A stretch of DNA of 64,000 nt. It comes from Nitrososphaeria archaeon (GTDB lineage Archaea > Thermoproteota > Nitrososphaeria > Nitrososphaerales > JAAOZN01). This document shows, in pieces, positions 47,132-56,880 of this stretch. Numbering within the stretch: position 1 is the first letter of the stretch; every line of letters starts with the position of its first letter. Below the pieces are notes generated by a model. It ran no database searches. It had not been told where the DNA came from and was given only the letters and a program-made list of their open reading frames with translations. The stretch covers positions 160,001-224,000 of the forward strand of contig JARVJZ010000002.1 of assembly GCA_029775855.1 (NCBI GenBank). Direction: 5' to 3'. A program made the position numbers and the translations under genes.

Positions 47132-49287
47132 ATGACATGAGCGTAAAACAGCCTCAGATTAGAAAGATAAACACGCTCTGTGGCATCTGTCCATCAGGCT
47201 GCAATGTAACTGTAATAGTCAAAGAGGGGAGAATCGAGCGAATACTGCCCGCTTCCGACAACACAACACCTTCTTCTATATGCGTTAGAGGTGCTGCGTC
47301 TAAAGAGATTGTATATTCACCTCAGAGGCTGCTGAAGCCGCTTAGAAGAGTTGGAAGGAAAGGCGAAAAAGCATTCGAACCAGTAGGATGGGATGAAGCG
47401 TTAAGCTCGATAGCTAAAAGACTGCTTGAAATACGTGAGAGATATGGTGCAGCCGCTGTAGCAATCTATGCTGGGCGTGGGGGATACTTTGAAGACGGTG
47501 TAAAGGATGTTTTCGCTGTTGAATGTAGTGGCGAGGTTTCAAGCAACCTACTCTACCCCTTCGGCTCACCTAACACAGCGAGCTGCAGCTCAGTATGCTA
47601 CATTTCACACGGCTACATAGCGCCCATGACAACCCTAGGGCTACATTTAGAGCAGCTCAAACCAGACCTAAGCAACACAAGCCTCCTAGTTATCTGGGGC
47701 GCAAACCCCCTAGCTTCAACACCGCCATCTACCTACCAGAAGATCTTAGCAGCCAAAAAGAAGGGCGTCAAAATAGTAGCTATAGACCCTAGGAGAAGCG
47801 GCGCAGCATCAATAGCAGACTACTGGATTCCTCTGAGACCTGGAACAGATGGAGCCTTGGCGTTAAGCATACTCAACACCCTTATATCAGAAGATTTGAT
47901 TGACGCTGAGTTTGCAGAGAACTGGTGCCGAGGCTACAGCGAGTTAAAAGAATATGCTAAAGGTTTCGAGCCCGAAGTTGTTGAAAAGATCACTTGGGTT
48001 CCAGCGTCAAAAATCGAGGAACTTGCTAAGCTTATAGGGAGGGAGAAGCCTTCAACACTCATACTCTCTACAGGCATTGAATACTCTAACTGTGGGGTTC
48101 AAACCGCAAGAGCCATCTACACAATAACCGCATTAACAGGAAACTTCGACGTAAAAGGTGGGTTAGTAGCTAAGATGCCTCCTCGACTAAAAAGAAACAG
48201 AATAATCTTGAAGCCACCTAGCCAAGTTAAACCTGTTGGTGCTGAAAGGTACCCTGTCTTCTACAAGTATAGTAGGTGTATGCAGGCTATGGAGCTACCT
48301 AAGGCGGTGCTGAAGGGTGAGCCCTACCCTGTCAAAGCGCTGATAGTGCACGGCGCATCCATGCTCACAAGTCTACCTGGCACCGAGCTTTGGAGAAGAG
48401 TGTTTGAAGAGCTTGAGTTTATGGTTGTGATAGATAGGTTTCTAACATCTGACTGCCTCTACGCAGACTACATACTCCCAGCTTCAACCTACTATGAGAT
48501 AGAGTCTTACAAAAGGGGCGAAAACAGAATTCAACTCAGAAGAAGGGTGATAGAGCCTTTAGGTGAAAGTAGAAGCGACTACAGCATATGCTATTCCTTA
48601 GCTGAAAGGCTTGGATACAACCACCTCTATCCACGTGAAGAAGAGTTGATCGACTTCGCCCTAAAAGATACTGGCGTAGATAAGGCCTCGCTTGAATCTG
48701 AACCTTTTGGTGTAGTGGTAGAGGGCATACCTATGAAGTATAAGAAGTATGAACTTGGGCTCTTAAGAAGAGATGGTAAGCAGGGGTTCGAAACTCCAAG
48801 CGGAAGATTTGAAATCGCTTCAACTGTCCTTGAAGAGAACGGCTACGACCCTCTACCAGTCTACATAGAGCCTAAAGAGGGGCCAATCTCAACACCGCAT
48901 ATATACAGAGATTACCCGCTTGTCTTCACCTGCGGCGCGAGGCTCCCTCATCTGTTCAGAAGCCAGCACCTCAACATACCATCACTACTTAGGCTTCAGC
49001 CTAAACCGCAGGTCATAATGCACGTTGAAGACGCTTCATCTAGAGGTATTGAGGATGGTGATGAGGTCTATGTAGCGACACCGAGAGGCAGAATAAAACT
49101 TTGGGCTAAGGTTACTGACGGCATACTTAAAGGGGTTGTAGAGGTGAATTCAGGTGGAGGAGGCTTAGACCAACCTGAGGCTTGGCGTAAAGCGAACGTA
49201 AATCTACTTACAGACCCAGACAACAGAGACCCCATCTCAGGCTTCCCCGTCTATAAAGCGCTGCTCTGCCAAGTGGAGAAGGCTTAG
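47128..49287 (+). CDS. Cytoplasmic DMSO-reductase-family molybdo/tungstopterin oxidoreductase of unknown substrate
   Basis: N-terminal CGICPSGC...C [4Fe-4S] motif, WGANP, RPGTDGALAL, ADYILPA, C-terminal molybdopterin-binding domain; no TAT signal. Confidence 0.88.
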   Translation: MNDMSVKQPQIRKINTLCGICPSGCNVTVIVKEGRIERILPASDNTTPSSICVRGAASKEIVYSPQRLLKPLRRVGRKGEKAFEPVGWDEALSSIAKRLLEIRERYGAAAVAIYAGRGGYFEDGVKDVFAVECSGEVSSNLLYPFGSPNTASCSSVCYISHGYIAPMTTLGLHLEQLKPDLSNTSLLVIWGANPLASTPPSTYQKILAAKKKGVKIVAIDPRRSGAASIADYWIPLRPGTDGALALSILNTLISEDLIDAEFAENWCRGYSELKEYAKGFEPEVVEKITWVPASKIEELAKLIGREKPSTLILSTGIEYSNCGVQTARAIYTITALTGNFDVKGGLVAKMPPRLKRNRIILKPPSQVKPVGAERYPVFYKYSRCMQAMELPKAVLKGEPYPVKALIVHGASMLTSLPGTELWRRVFEELEFMVVIDRFLTSDCLYADYILPASTYYEIESYKRGENRIQLRRRVIEPLGESRSDYSICYSLAERLGYNHLYPREEELIDFALKDTGVDKASLESEPFGVVVEGIPMKYKKYELGLLRRDGKQGFETPSGRFEIASTVLEENGYDPLPVYIEPKEGPISTPHIYRDYPLVFTCGARLPHLFRSQHLNIPSLLRLQPKPQVIMHVEDASSRGIEDGDEVYVATPRGRIKLWAKVTDGILKGVVEVNSGGGGLDQPEAWRKANVNLLTDPDNRDPISGFPVYKALLCQVEKA

Positions 49288-49375
49288 AGCGCCATAAAAG
49301 AGGCTGAACTAAAGTATCACCGTAATGCAAACAGCATACAATAAGAGAAATTTTTAGTAAACACTAATTTATATA

Positions 49376-49762
49376 GTGGTAGTTACATCAAAAATTTACC
49401 GACAAACTATGGGGCATATAATAGTTAAGATAAAGATAGGCGACCCTGATAGGTCTAAGGTTTTAGAGGTTGAGGGCTTAGTTGATACCGGTGCAACCCT
49501 AACCGTAGTGCCTTACATAGTGGCGGAAGAGCTTGGGCTTAAGCCTACGGGGAGTAGTATCGTTGATAGTGGTGCTGGGAGACTTGAGTTAAAGCGCACG
49601 AGGATCTGGGTGGAAATAGAGGGTAAGAGTGAGGTAGTCCCTGCGCTAATCTCAGATGTGATAGGTAGAGTGCTGATAGGGGTCACTACACTAGAGGTTC
49701 TGGGACTTCAAGCAGACCCGCTGGCAGGAAGACTTAGAGAGTGGACTTTACTTCTCTACTAA
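49376..49762 (+). CDS. Retropepsin-like (clan AA) aspartic protease
   Basis: GLVDTGAT and LIGVTTLEVLGL motifs. Confidence 0.88.
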   Translation: MVVTSKIYRQTMGHIIVKIKIGDPDRSKVLEVEGLVDTGATLTVVPYIVAEELGLKPTGSSIVDSGAGRLELKRTRIWVEIEGKSEVVPALISDVIGRVLIGVTTLEVLGLQADPLAGRLREWTLLLY

Positions 49763-49840
49763 CGTATATCACTCTTCAAATAGGCTGCCTTTAGATTCGT
49801 TTAAATCGTTGCTTGTTTGCCGCATTTGAGTTGCTAATTT

Positions 49841-51709
49841 TTAACCCCAGATTTCCTTTGCTACATCTGTGAGACCTAGCTTTATCAGAGTCTCCTTTGT
49901 GGGTTTGCTCGTGTTTTTATCCCAACCTCTTGCTTCATAGTATTCATCAAGTGTCTTAGATAAGTCTACTACTTTTCCAGTCCTGCCCTTCTCCTCCAGA
50001 AGCCTCTTAGGCAGCTTATCATCCGCTCTCGTGGCGCCGTGCTTAACGTTGAAAGCCTTTCTAATGTTGATTATCCTTTCGCCAGCGAGCAGGGCGTCCT
50101 TTAGGGTTAGGTTTAAGCCTGTGACCGCGTTAAAGGTTTTAACGAAGTTTTCTTCAACCATGTATGCTGCGTTAATGTCCGCGAACCAGCACCAACCAGC
50201 AGATGAGATAAATGCTGTCCAATCTTCTATAACCTTCGCAGCAACCCCCTTACCCTCTGGTGAGTCAGTAGGCTTGGGTAAGCCTAAGCTATCTCTAGGC
50301 CTACCTAAGATCTCCCAGTCTATAGTAATCCCTTCAGTATGCCTACCACCTGTTATTGCGCAGGCATAGTGCGGCCCTCCTCCTTGGAATACTCTTGGGT
50401 CGTGGGCTGCCAGTTCTACGCCCTTCACTTGTATTGCGTATTCTTCGGCGCCTTTGCCTATGATCTTGGCTGCTCTTCTAGAGCCTTCTGCAAGTATATC
50501 TCCAAATCCATCTCTGAAGGCGATCTTCTCTATCATCTTGATCATCGCTTCTGCGTTGCCGAATCTTAGGTCAACCCCGTCTGTGTCTTCTTTTGTCAGC
50601 AACCCTTTTTCGAAGCACTCCATAGCGAACGCTATGGTTCCACCTGTAGATATTGTGTCTAAGCCGAAGAGGTTGCATAGGTCGTTCGCTTTGGCTACGG
50701 CTTTAGCATCTGTTACACCGCAATTTGAGCCGAGCATGCTTACTGTCTCATATTCAGGTCCTTCAACGTTAGGTTCGAATGAATATGCTCCTTCTTTCAC
50801 GGTTGATATTCTTCTGCAGCCTATTGGGCATAGGTAGCAGCTTCTGGTTCCAGATAGTATTGCGTCGTATCCTCCTGGCCAAGATAGTCCTTCTGGGTTG
50901 AGTTGTTTTGCTGTGTAGTTGAAGCCTGGTGTGTCTCCTAGCTGCCAGAGTGGCCCGAAGTATAGTGGTGTGCCTCCTTTGGAGAACATTTGAACATTTT
51001 TGTCTTCTTTTACAAATTTTATGACTTCTCCGCTAATTTTCCTCAGTTCTTCTGGGTGTGCTATTGGAACTTTACCCTCTCCTCTTACCGCCACAGCTTT
51101 AAGCTTCATAAACCCCATAACTGCACCTAAGCCACACCTACCAGCTATCCTATTCGCCTCATCTGTCAATATACCAGCGAACCTAACAAGATTTTCACCA
51201 GCCTGCCCTATATTCGAAACCTGAATCTTAGCATCACCAAGATCCCTTTTTAGGCTTCGATCTGACGCTCTAGCATCCATACCCCAGTAGGGTGAAGCAT
51301 CACCAAACCTAACCTCTCCATCCCTAATGAATACATATGTGGGTTTAGGCGCTCTACCAGTTATGACCACAAGATCATAACCAGCAGCCTTAAGCTCAGC
51401 ACCCCAGAACCCACCAGCATTCGCATCCCCAAAAAAACCTGTTAGAGGAGACTTCGAGACAACGCTATGTCTACCCGCTACAGGGGTTGGTGTGCCGTTT
51501 ACTGGCCCTGTAGCAAAGATGAGGAGGTTTTGCGGGTCGAAGGCTCCAACCCATGGTGGAACTTCGTCGTAGAGTATTCTACCCCCAACACCGTAACCTC
51601 CTATGTAGTTGTATGCTAGTTCTGGTGGTAAGGGTTGAGTTAAATGCTTCTTTCTGGTTAGGTCTATCCGTAGAATTTTACCTAAGTATCCTCCTCTAAA
51701 TCCGCTCAT
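49841..51709 (-). CDS. aor: Tungsten aldehyde:ferredoxin oxidoreductase
   Basis: KILRIDLT, SKSPLTG, GQAGENLV, GRCGLGAVMG, CYLCPIGC, EGPEYET, DTISTG, HDPR, YYEARGWD. Confidence 0.93.
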   Translation of the reverse strand: MSGFRGGYLGKILRIDLTRKKHLTQPLPPELAYNYIGGYGVGGRILYDEVPPWVGAFDPQNLLIFATGPVNGTPTPVAGRHSVVSKSPLTGFFGDANAGGFWGAELKAAGYDLVVITGRAPKPTYVFIRDGEVRFGDASPYWGMDARASDRSLKRDLGDAKIQVSNIGQAGENLVRFAGILTDEANRIAGRCGLGAVMGFMKLKAVAVRGEGKVPIAHPEELRKISGEVIKFVKEDKNVQMFSKGGTPLYFGPLWQLGDTPGFNYTAKQLNPEGLSWPGGYDAILSGTRSCYLCPIGCRRISTVKEGAYSFEPNVEGPEYETVSMLGSNCGVTDAKAVAKANDLCNLFGLDTISTGGTIAFAMECFEKGLLTKEDTDGVDLRFGNAEAMIKMIEKIAFRDGFGDILAEGSRRAAKIIGKGAEEYAIQVKGVELAAHDPRVFQGGGPHYACAITGGRHTEGITIDWEILGRPRDSLGLPKPTDSPEGKGVAAKVIEDWTAFISSAGWCWFADINAAYMVEENFVKTFNAVTGLNLTLKDALLAGERIINIRKAFNVKHGATRADDKLPKRLLEEKGRTGKVVDLSKTLDEYYEARGWDKNTSKPTKETLIKLGLTDVAKEIWG

Positions 51710-51942
51710 AGAGCAAGTTATGTTTAAGCGAATATTTTAATATTGTCTATTAAGTTGGAGTCAATTTCTACGCTGAAGTTAAAAGATGCTAAAACATCTA
51801 AGTTTCAGATAATATTTGTCAGAGGTTTATGACATTAATTTTCGAGTTAGGTTGATTCTTAATCTAATTTTGACATTTGGTTTAGTGATTGAATCATATA
51901 TTAAAATGTGATAGTGCTGCAGTTATGTTTATTTAAGCCTGC

Positions 51943-51958
51943 GTTCACCACGGTGAAC
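51943..51958. promoter_or_regulatory. parS-like 16-bp palindrome GTTCACC-AC-GGTGAAC (candidate ParB operator)
   Basis: Perfect 7-bp arms, located between TTTATTTAAG (51928-51937) and the start of the parB-like gene (51966). Confidence 0.6.
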
Positions 51959-51965
51959 AGTAATC

Positions 51966-53066
51966 TTGAGTGTGTGGAATGAATTTAAGCTGATTCCGCT
52001 CGATAAGATTGAATCAAATCCTTACGCTGCTAGGTTAGATCAAAATGTCGGGGTTGATAAGCTTGCTGAGTCTATGAGTAGGCATGGGCAACTCGCTGAT
52101 GTGCTTGTTAGGGTTCATCCCGCATCTAAAGATAGGTTTCAGCTGATTTATGGGCATAGGAGAGTTGCTGCGGCTAGGCTTCTCGGTTGGCAGAATGTTA
52201 AGGCTAAGGTTGTTGAAGCTTCAGAAGAAGAGATGCTTATAATGGCGCTCATAGAGAACATCGAGAGAAAAGATTTTACAGCATATGAGAAAGCAAGAAT
52301 CTTCCTAAGGCTAAATAAAGAATTCAAACGGAGTTATGAGGAGATTGCTAGGCTCATAGGGCGGAGTAAAGCGTATGTAGCGCAGCACATCGCTATGCTT
52401 GAACTATTCACAGAGGAGCAGATGAAGGATCCTGAAGTTATAAATCTGCTTCAATCGTTAACCGAAAGGCAAGCAAGAATACTTCTTAGGATAAAAGATC
52501 CGAATGAAAGGCTGGCTACCGCTAAAATAGTAGTGAATGAGAATCTCTGTGTAAAAGAAGTTGAGAAGCTCGTCGGTAGGCCCAGAGAGAACGCAAACAT
52601 CACAAAAGACAGACATAAAAAGAAAACTATGGAGACTATTTCAGATGTAGAAAAGATCAAAAGGAAGGTTCTTGAACTTTTCGAGTGGGTAGAGCACAAG
52701 AACCTTCAACCGTTGATAACCTTAAGGCTTGAAAGAGAGTTTACAGCGTTTGATGACTTTCCACCTTATACTAGACTTGGATATAGAGATGCTCTTGTCC
52801 AAAACTTCCATCTTATTGAGTCTTGGAAGGGTGAGTTCAAGCTTCGCTGTGAGGGGTTGAAGGTTAGGGTCTTCGGGGAAACAGGTTTGGCTACATTTTA
52901 CATACACTATGATGTGCTCTACAACGGGAGACCGTTCAGATCTACTTCAAGAGTAACCTTCGTCTTTCTAAAGCGTGGAGATAACTGGTATATCATACAC
53001 GAGCATTGGTCTCCACTAAAAGTGTCAGAGTTAGTAGAGATTGGCGGTAAAGATGATAAGGGTTAA
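51966..53066 (+). CDS. ParB/Spo0J-like CTPase-HTH protein fused to a C-terminal SnoaL/NTF2-like domain
   Basis: NPYAAR, LIYGHRRVAAA, ALIENIERKD, HTH SYEEIARLIGRSKAYVAQHI; C-terminal RVTFVFLKRGDNWYIIHEHWS typical of SnoaL-like domains. Confidence 0.85.
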   Translation: MSVWNEFKLIPLDKIESNPYAARLDQNVGVDKLAESMSRHGQLADVLVRVHPASKDRFQLIYGHRRVAAARLLGWQNVKAKVVEASEEEMLIMALIENIERKDFTAYEKARIFLRLNKEFKRSYEEIARLIGRSKAYVAQHIAMLELFTEEQMKDPEVINLLQSLTERQARILLRIKDPNERLATAKIVVNENLCVKEVEKLVGRPRENANITKDRHKKKTMETISDVEKIKRKVLELFEWVEHKNLQPLITLRLEREFTAFDDFPPYTRLGYRDALVQNFHLIESWKGEFKLRCEGLKVRVFGETGLATFYIHYDVLYNGRPFRSTSRVTFVFLKRGDNWYIIHEHWSPLKVSELVEIGGKDDKG

Positions 53067-54475
53067 CTGCCGCATTCGGCGTCGAGTGCTGTAAGAGCAT
53101 AGTCGATAGCATCTATTGCTCTATCGATCTCTTCTTCTGTAACTGTTAAAGCTGGTCCTATTCTTAGGCAGTTTGGTGTGAAGCCTCCTACTAGAACGCC
53201 TTTTTCAAGCGCTTTAGCTTGAACTATGTTTACAGCCCACTTGCTTACATCCCCAGTGCCTTTTGTGAATCTATCCTCTGGGAAGAATGGTTCTTTCTTC
53301 TTTTTGTTTCTAACCAGCTCTATTCCCCAGAATAGTCCTAATCCTGAGACTTGCCCTACGCATTCATGTTTTGACTCTAATTCGTTAAGTCTTCTTCCAA
53401 GATATTCTCCCATCTTAGCAGCTCTAGCTGGCAGATTCTCCTCCATCATCAGCTTAATGTTTTCGCATACCGCAGCCATAACTACTGGATGAGATGAGAA
53501 GGTAGCGGCATGCCACCACCTATAATCGTCGAGAAACTTAGCTATCTCCTTACTCACAACGACACCAGCTGCTGGTAGCTGTGAGCTTACAATACCCTTA
53601 GCCATAGTCATAATGTCCGGCGTCACATCATAATGCTGATAGCAGAACCAGCTCCCAGTTCTACCGAAACCCGTCATAACCTCATCATCTATCCAAAGGA
53701 TACCATATTTTCTAGTCAAATCTCGGAGACCCTTAATCCACTCAGGAGGCGAAATCACAAGCCCGCCACCACTTATAATCTCAGTTATGACTGCAGCAAC
53801 ATTTTGAGGACCAAGGTTCTGAATCATATACTCCATATCCTTTAAGCACGCAACATAGCCTCCTGACTGGCATTCACGAGGTGAATCATACCCATAGGGG
53901 CACCTGTAGCAGAAAGGTGCTCTTGCTACATAGAAGCCTTGGGCTGGGAAGCCTTGAACCTCTTTGTATTCGCCTCGAGCATTTGCTATGGTGTTGCGCC
54001 ACCATCTGAATGTTGAGCACGAGCCTGCTCCAAGTGTCCAGCCGTGGTAAGAGAATTCCCTACTTATGATGAATGGTCTTCCTGTGTAGAGTTTGGCTAA
54101 TATGAGGGCTTCTTCGTTCGCTTCGCTTCCGGAGCTGACAAACCTTACTTTGCCAGCCCAGCCGTCTTTACCAAGTATGTCTTCTACGATTAGTTTTGCT
54201 GCTAGCGATTTGTAGGGTGTCTGCATAATCTCCCATACATATCCATATCTGTCAAGAGACTGCTTTATCGCTTCTATAACCTTAGGCTGCCTCTGCCCAG
54301 CATTTACCGAAATTAACCCAGAGAGGAAGTCAAGGATCTTTGAGCCATCAGGTGTGATTATGTAGCTTCCCTCGACTCGCTCTACAGGGATAGGCATCCA
54401 TTCTTCTGCAGACTGCTTTATCCTCAGATAATACTTTTTATCCCATTCTATTACTTTATCCCAATCCACATTCAA
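53063..54475 (-). CDS. Class III (omega) PLP aminotransferase
   Basis: SGSEANE, SYHGWT, DDEVMTGFGRTG, PDIMTMAKG, GLGLFWGIEL. Confidence 0.92.
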   Translation of the reverse strand: MNVDWDKVIEWDKKYYLRIKQSAEEWMPIPVERVEGSYIITPDGSKILDFLSGLISVNAGQRQPKVIEAIKQSLDRYGYVWEIMQTPYKSLAAKLIVEDILGKDGWAGKVRFVSSGSEANEEALILAKLYTGRPFIISREFSYHGWTLGAGSCSTFRWWRNTIANARGEYKEVQGFPAQGFYVARAPFCYRCPYGYDSPRECQSGGYVACLKDMEYMIQNLGPQNVAAVITEIISGGGLVISPPEWIKGLRDLTRKYGILWIDDEVMTGFGRTGSWFCYQHYDVTPDIMTMAKGIVSSQLPAAGVVVSKEIAKFLDDYRWWHAATFSSHPVVMAAVCENIKLMMEENLPARAAKMGEYLGRRLNELESKHECVGQVSGLGLFWGIELVRNKKKKEPFFPEDRFTKGTGDVSKWAVNIVQAKALEKGVLVGGFTPNCLRIGPALTVTEEEIDRAIDAIDYALTALDAECGS

Positions 54476-54540
54476 AACCTACACCGCAAGATTCTTCTAT
54501 AACTGCGGTGCGATTTAAAGATTAAAAGTCAAAAGAATGG

Positions 54541-55845
54541 TCATCTATTTATAACATTAAGGTCCCAAGGATATTTAGTTAGAACTTCGCATCCATCTTC
54601 AGTAACTAACACCACATTTTCAAGACGAGCTGCACCTAGACCCACTTGCATTATAAGCGGCTCAACCGCCATAACCATGCCAGCTTCAAGAGGCTTTTTA
54701 TTACCTTGCTGTATGAAAGCTGCTTCAGTAGTTTCGTGGCATACTAAACCTATAGAGTGCCCTACATAGCAGGTATTCTCCTGAACCTGTGGTTCCATAA
54801 AGAGCTTTTGGGATGAGTCTATTCTACTCCAGCCAGACTTTAGGAAGACACGCTCAGATATTTTATAGAGTTCATCGCCAGTAACCCCAGGTTTTATCGC
54901 TTCGATTACCTTCTTATTCATCTCGTATGTAATTTTAAAGATCTTAGTTAACCAGCGAGGCGGCTCTCCTATTACAGCGGTTCTTGTTATATCTGATATA
55001 TATCCTCGGTAGTTTGCTCCTAGATCTAGGCATATCGGTTCACCTCTTCTGATTCTGTAGTCAGTGACCTTCTCTTCAGCGTATGTTATCTGCTGCCCAG
55101 CCTTTATTAGTAGTGGATGACCCCAGTGGTCCCAAGCGCCAGCCTTCAGCATAGCCCTATATATTTCTCCAGCGACTTCAGCCTCTGTTACACCTGGAGC
55201 AAGCGCCTTCATACCGGCGTCCATACCTATGTCTGCTATCTCGCAAGATCTTCTGAGTAGTCGAATTTCTAGTGGTGTTTTGATGGCTCTGATGCGCCAA
55301 AGGAGCCTTGAAGCATAAACGAATTTGGCTTTTGGTAGCAGCTTCTTGAATTTGTTGTAGGCTGCGAGGTTAAGGTCGTCCTCTTCAACGCCTATAGTCT
55401 TATCTCCTAAGCCTAACTCATCTACAGCTTCTTTAATTATGACCTCAGCTGGTTTACCATTATGTGGTCTTATACTTTCTAAGCGGAAGTAGGGGAGCAT
55501 AGAGATAGCACCAAGATAGTTATATGAAACCATCGTTATCACTGGGTCTCTTTCTTCTCTTGTTATGAGTGCATATTGTTCGCTTCCCGGTCTATCATAC
55601 CACCCTGGATAGTAACCCGTGAGGTAAAATATGCTATGGTAATTCGAGAGTATTGCCGCATCTATTCCAGCAGCCTCTAACGCCTTCCTATATTTTCTAA
55701 GACGCTCCCTTACTTCCACTTCCTGCTCCTTAACATTAAAGCCTATAGTAAGATTTGGGTAGCCTTCGCTGCTTGCCATAACCTTTCTTACATCTTGCAT
55801 TATAAGATCTGGGTTTTTAATCCCCCATTTCTGCCACTCTTTCAA
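54541..55845 (-). CDS. M24 Xaa-Pro peptidase/creatinase-family hydrolase
   Basis: RAIKTPLEI, DLGANYRGYISDITRT, GHSIGL..HE, AVEP, RLENVVLVT. Confidence 0.9.
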   Translation of the reverse strand: MKEWQKWGIKNPDLIMQDVRKVMASSEGYPNLTIGFNVKEQEVEVRERLRKYRKALEAAGIDAAILSNYHSIFYLTGYYPGWYDRPGSEQYALITREERDPVITMVSYNYLGAISMLPYFRLESIRPHNGKPAEVIIKEAVDELGLGDKTIGVEEDDLNLAAYNKFKKLLPKAKFVYASRLLWRIRAIKTPLEIRLLRRSCEIADIGMDAGMKALAPGVTEAEVAGEIYRAMLKAGAWDHWGHPLLIKAGQQITYAEEKVTDYRIRRGEPICLDLGANYRGYISDITRTAVIGEPPRWLTKIFKITYEMNKKVIEAIKPGVTGDELYKISERVFLKSGWSRIDSSQKLFMEPQVQENTCYVGHSIGLVCHETTEAAFIQQGNKKPLEAGMVMAVEPLIMQVGLGAARLENVVLVTEDGCEVLTKYPWDLNVINR

Positions 55846-55926
55846 GCCGATTCGAGTTGGCAGAAGATAGATTAAAAAGTTACCCCTAATCTTAATATAT
55901 TCTGTGCATCGGGCGCAGGGGATAAG

Positions 55927-56880
55927 ATGGGTGAGTTAAGGATCTTCTTTACAACTGATCTGCACGGCTCGGATAAGTGCTTTAAAAAGTTCATCTCTGC
56001 ATCACAGTTCTACAAGGCTTCTGTCATAATAGTCGGTGGAGACATAACGGGTAAGATGATAGTTCCAATAATAGAAAAGAATGGAGCGTATATATCCAAA
56101 TATCAAGGTGTTGAAAGAGTCATGAAAAGCGAAAAAGAGGTTGTGGAGTTTGAGAGCATTGTAGGAGACAGCGGCGGCTACCCCTACCGAACCAATGAAG
56201 AAGAGATGCAGAAAATCGCAGCTGATGATGCGTATAAAGATCAACTCTTTAAGAAGCTAATTTTACAAAGAGTTGAAGAGTGGCTTACATTAGCTGAAGA
56301 GCGCCTCAAGGGTAAAGGCGTAGAGTGCTTTATTATGCCTGGAAATGATGACATCTTTGATATAGATCAAGCTTTTGCTAAGGCTGGCGTTGTAGAGAAC
56401 CCTGAAGGTAAGGTTATAGAACTGCCGATGGGTTATCAGCTACTTTCATCTGGTTTCAGCAACCTGACGCCTTGGCGCTGCCCACGCGATTTACCAGAAG
56501 AAGAACTTCAGGCTAGACTGAATGATATAACATCTGGGGTGAGGGACTTTAAGAAGTGCATATTCAACCTACACTGCCCGCCTTATGATACTGTTTTAGA
56601 CGAAGCTCCTAAGCTTGACAAAGATCTAAAGCCAGTTTTAGGTCTAGGTGGAACTCCTATAATGGTTCACGTTGGTAGTGTATCGGTTCGTTCACTTATA
56701 GAGAAGAAAGCACCACTACTCAGCCTACACGGGCATATACATGAGTCGAGAGGAGCAATAAGATTAGGTAAAACATTATCCATAAACCCCGGAAGCGAAT
56801 ATAGTGAAGGAGTGCTCAGAGGAGCTATCATAAACCTAAAGGATGACTCTGTAAAGGGTTATCTGCTTACTTCAGGCTAG
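55927..56880 (+). CDS. Calcineurin-like metallophosphoesterase (Icc-like)
   Basis: TDLHGS, GGDITGK, PGNDD, HCPP, HGHIHE, NPGSEY. Confidence 0.88.
   Translation: MGELRIFFTTDLHGSDKCFKKFISASQFYKASVIIVGGDITGKMIVPIIEKNGAYISKYQGVERVMKSEKEVVEFESIVGDSGGYPYRTNEEEMQKIAADDAYKDQLFKKLILQRVEEWLTLAEERLKGKGVECFIMPGNDDIFDIDQAFAKAGVVENPEGKVIELPMGYQLLSSGFSNLTPWRCPRDLPEEELQARLNDITSGVRDFKKCIFNLHCPPYDTVLDEAPKLDKDLKPVLGLGGTPIMVHVGSVSVRSLIEKKAPLLSLHGHIHESRGAIRLGKTLSINPGSEYSEGVLRGAIINLKDDSVKGYLLTSG

Noticed and set aside
47128-49287. Acetylene hydratase or formate dehydrogenase call
   Set aside because: The residue after the second Fe-S Cys is Pro (CGICPSGC), not the catalytic Asp of acetylene hydratase, and there is no Cys/Sec-His FDH motif (SVCY).
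49376-49762. Retroelement suggested by the retropepsin-like protease
   Set aside because: No reverse transcriptase, integrase or LTR; single-domain clan AA proteases are common in archaea.
51966-53066. Plasmid or chromosome ParABS partition cassette
   Set aside because: No ParA or replication gene nearby, and only one palindrome was seen in the window.
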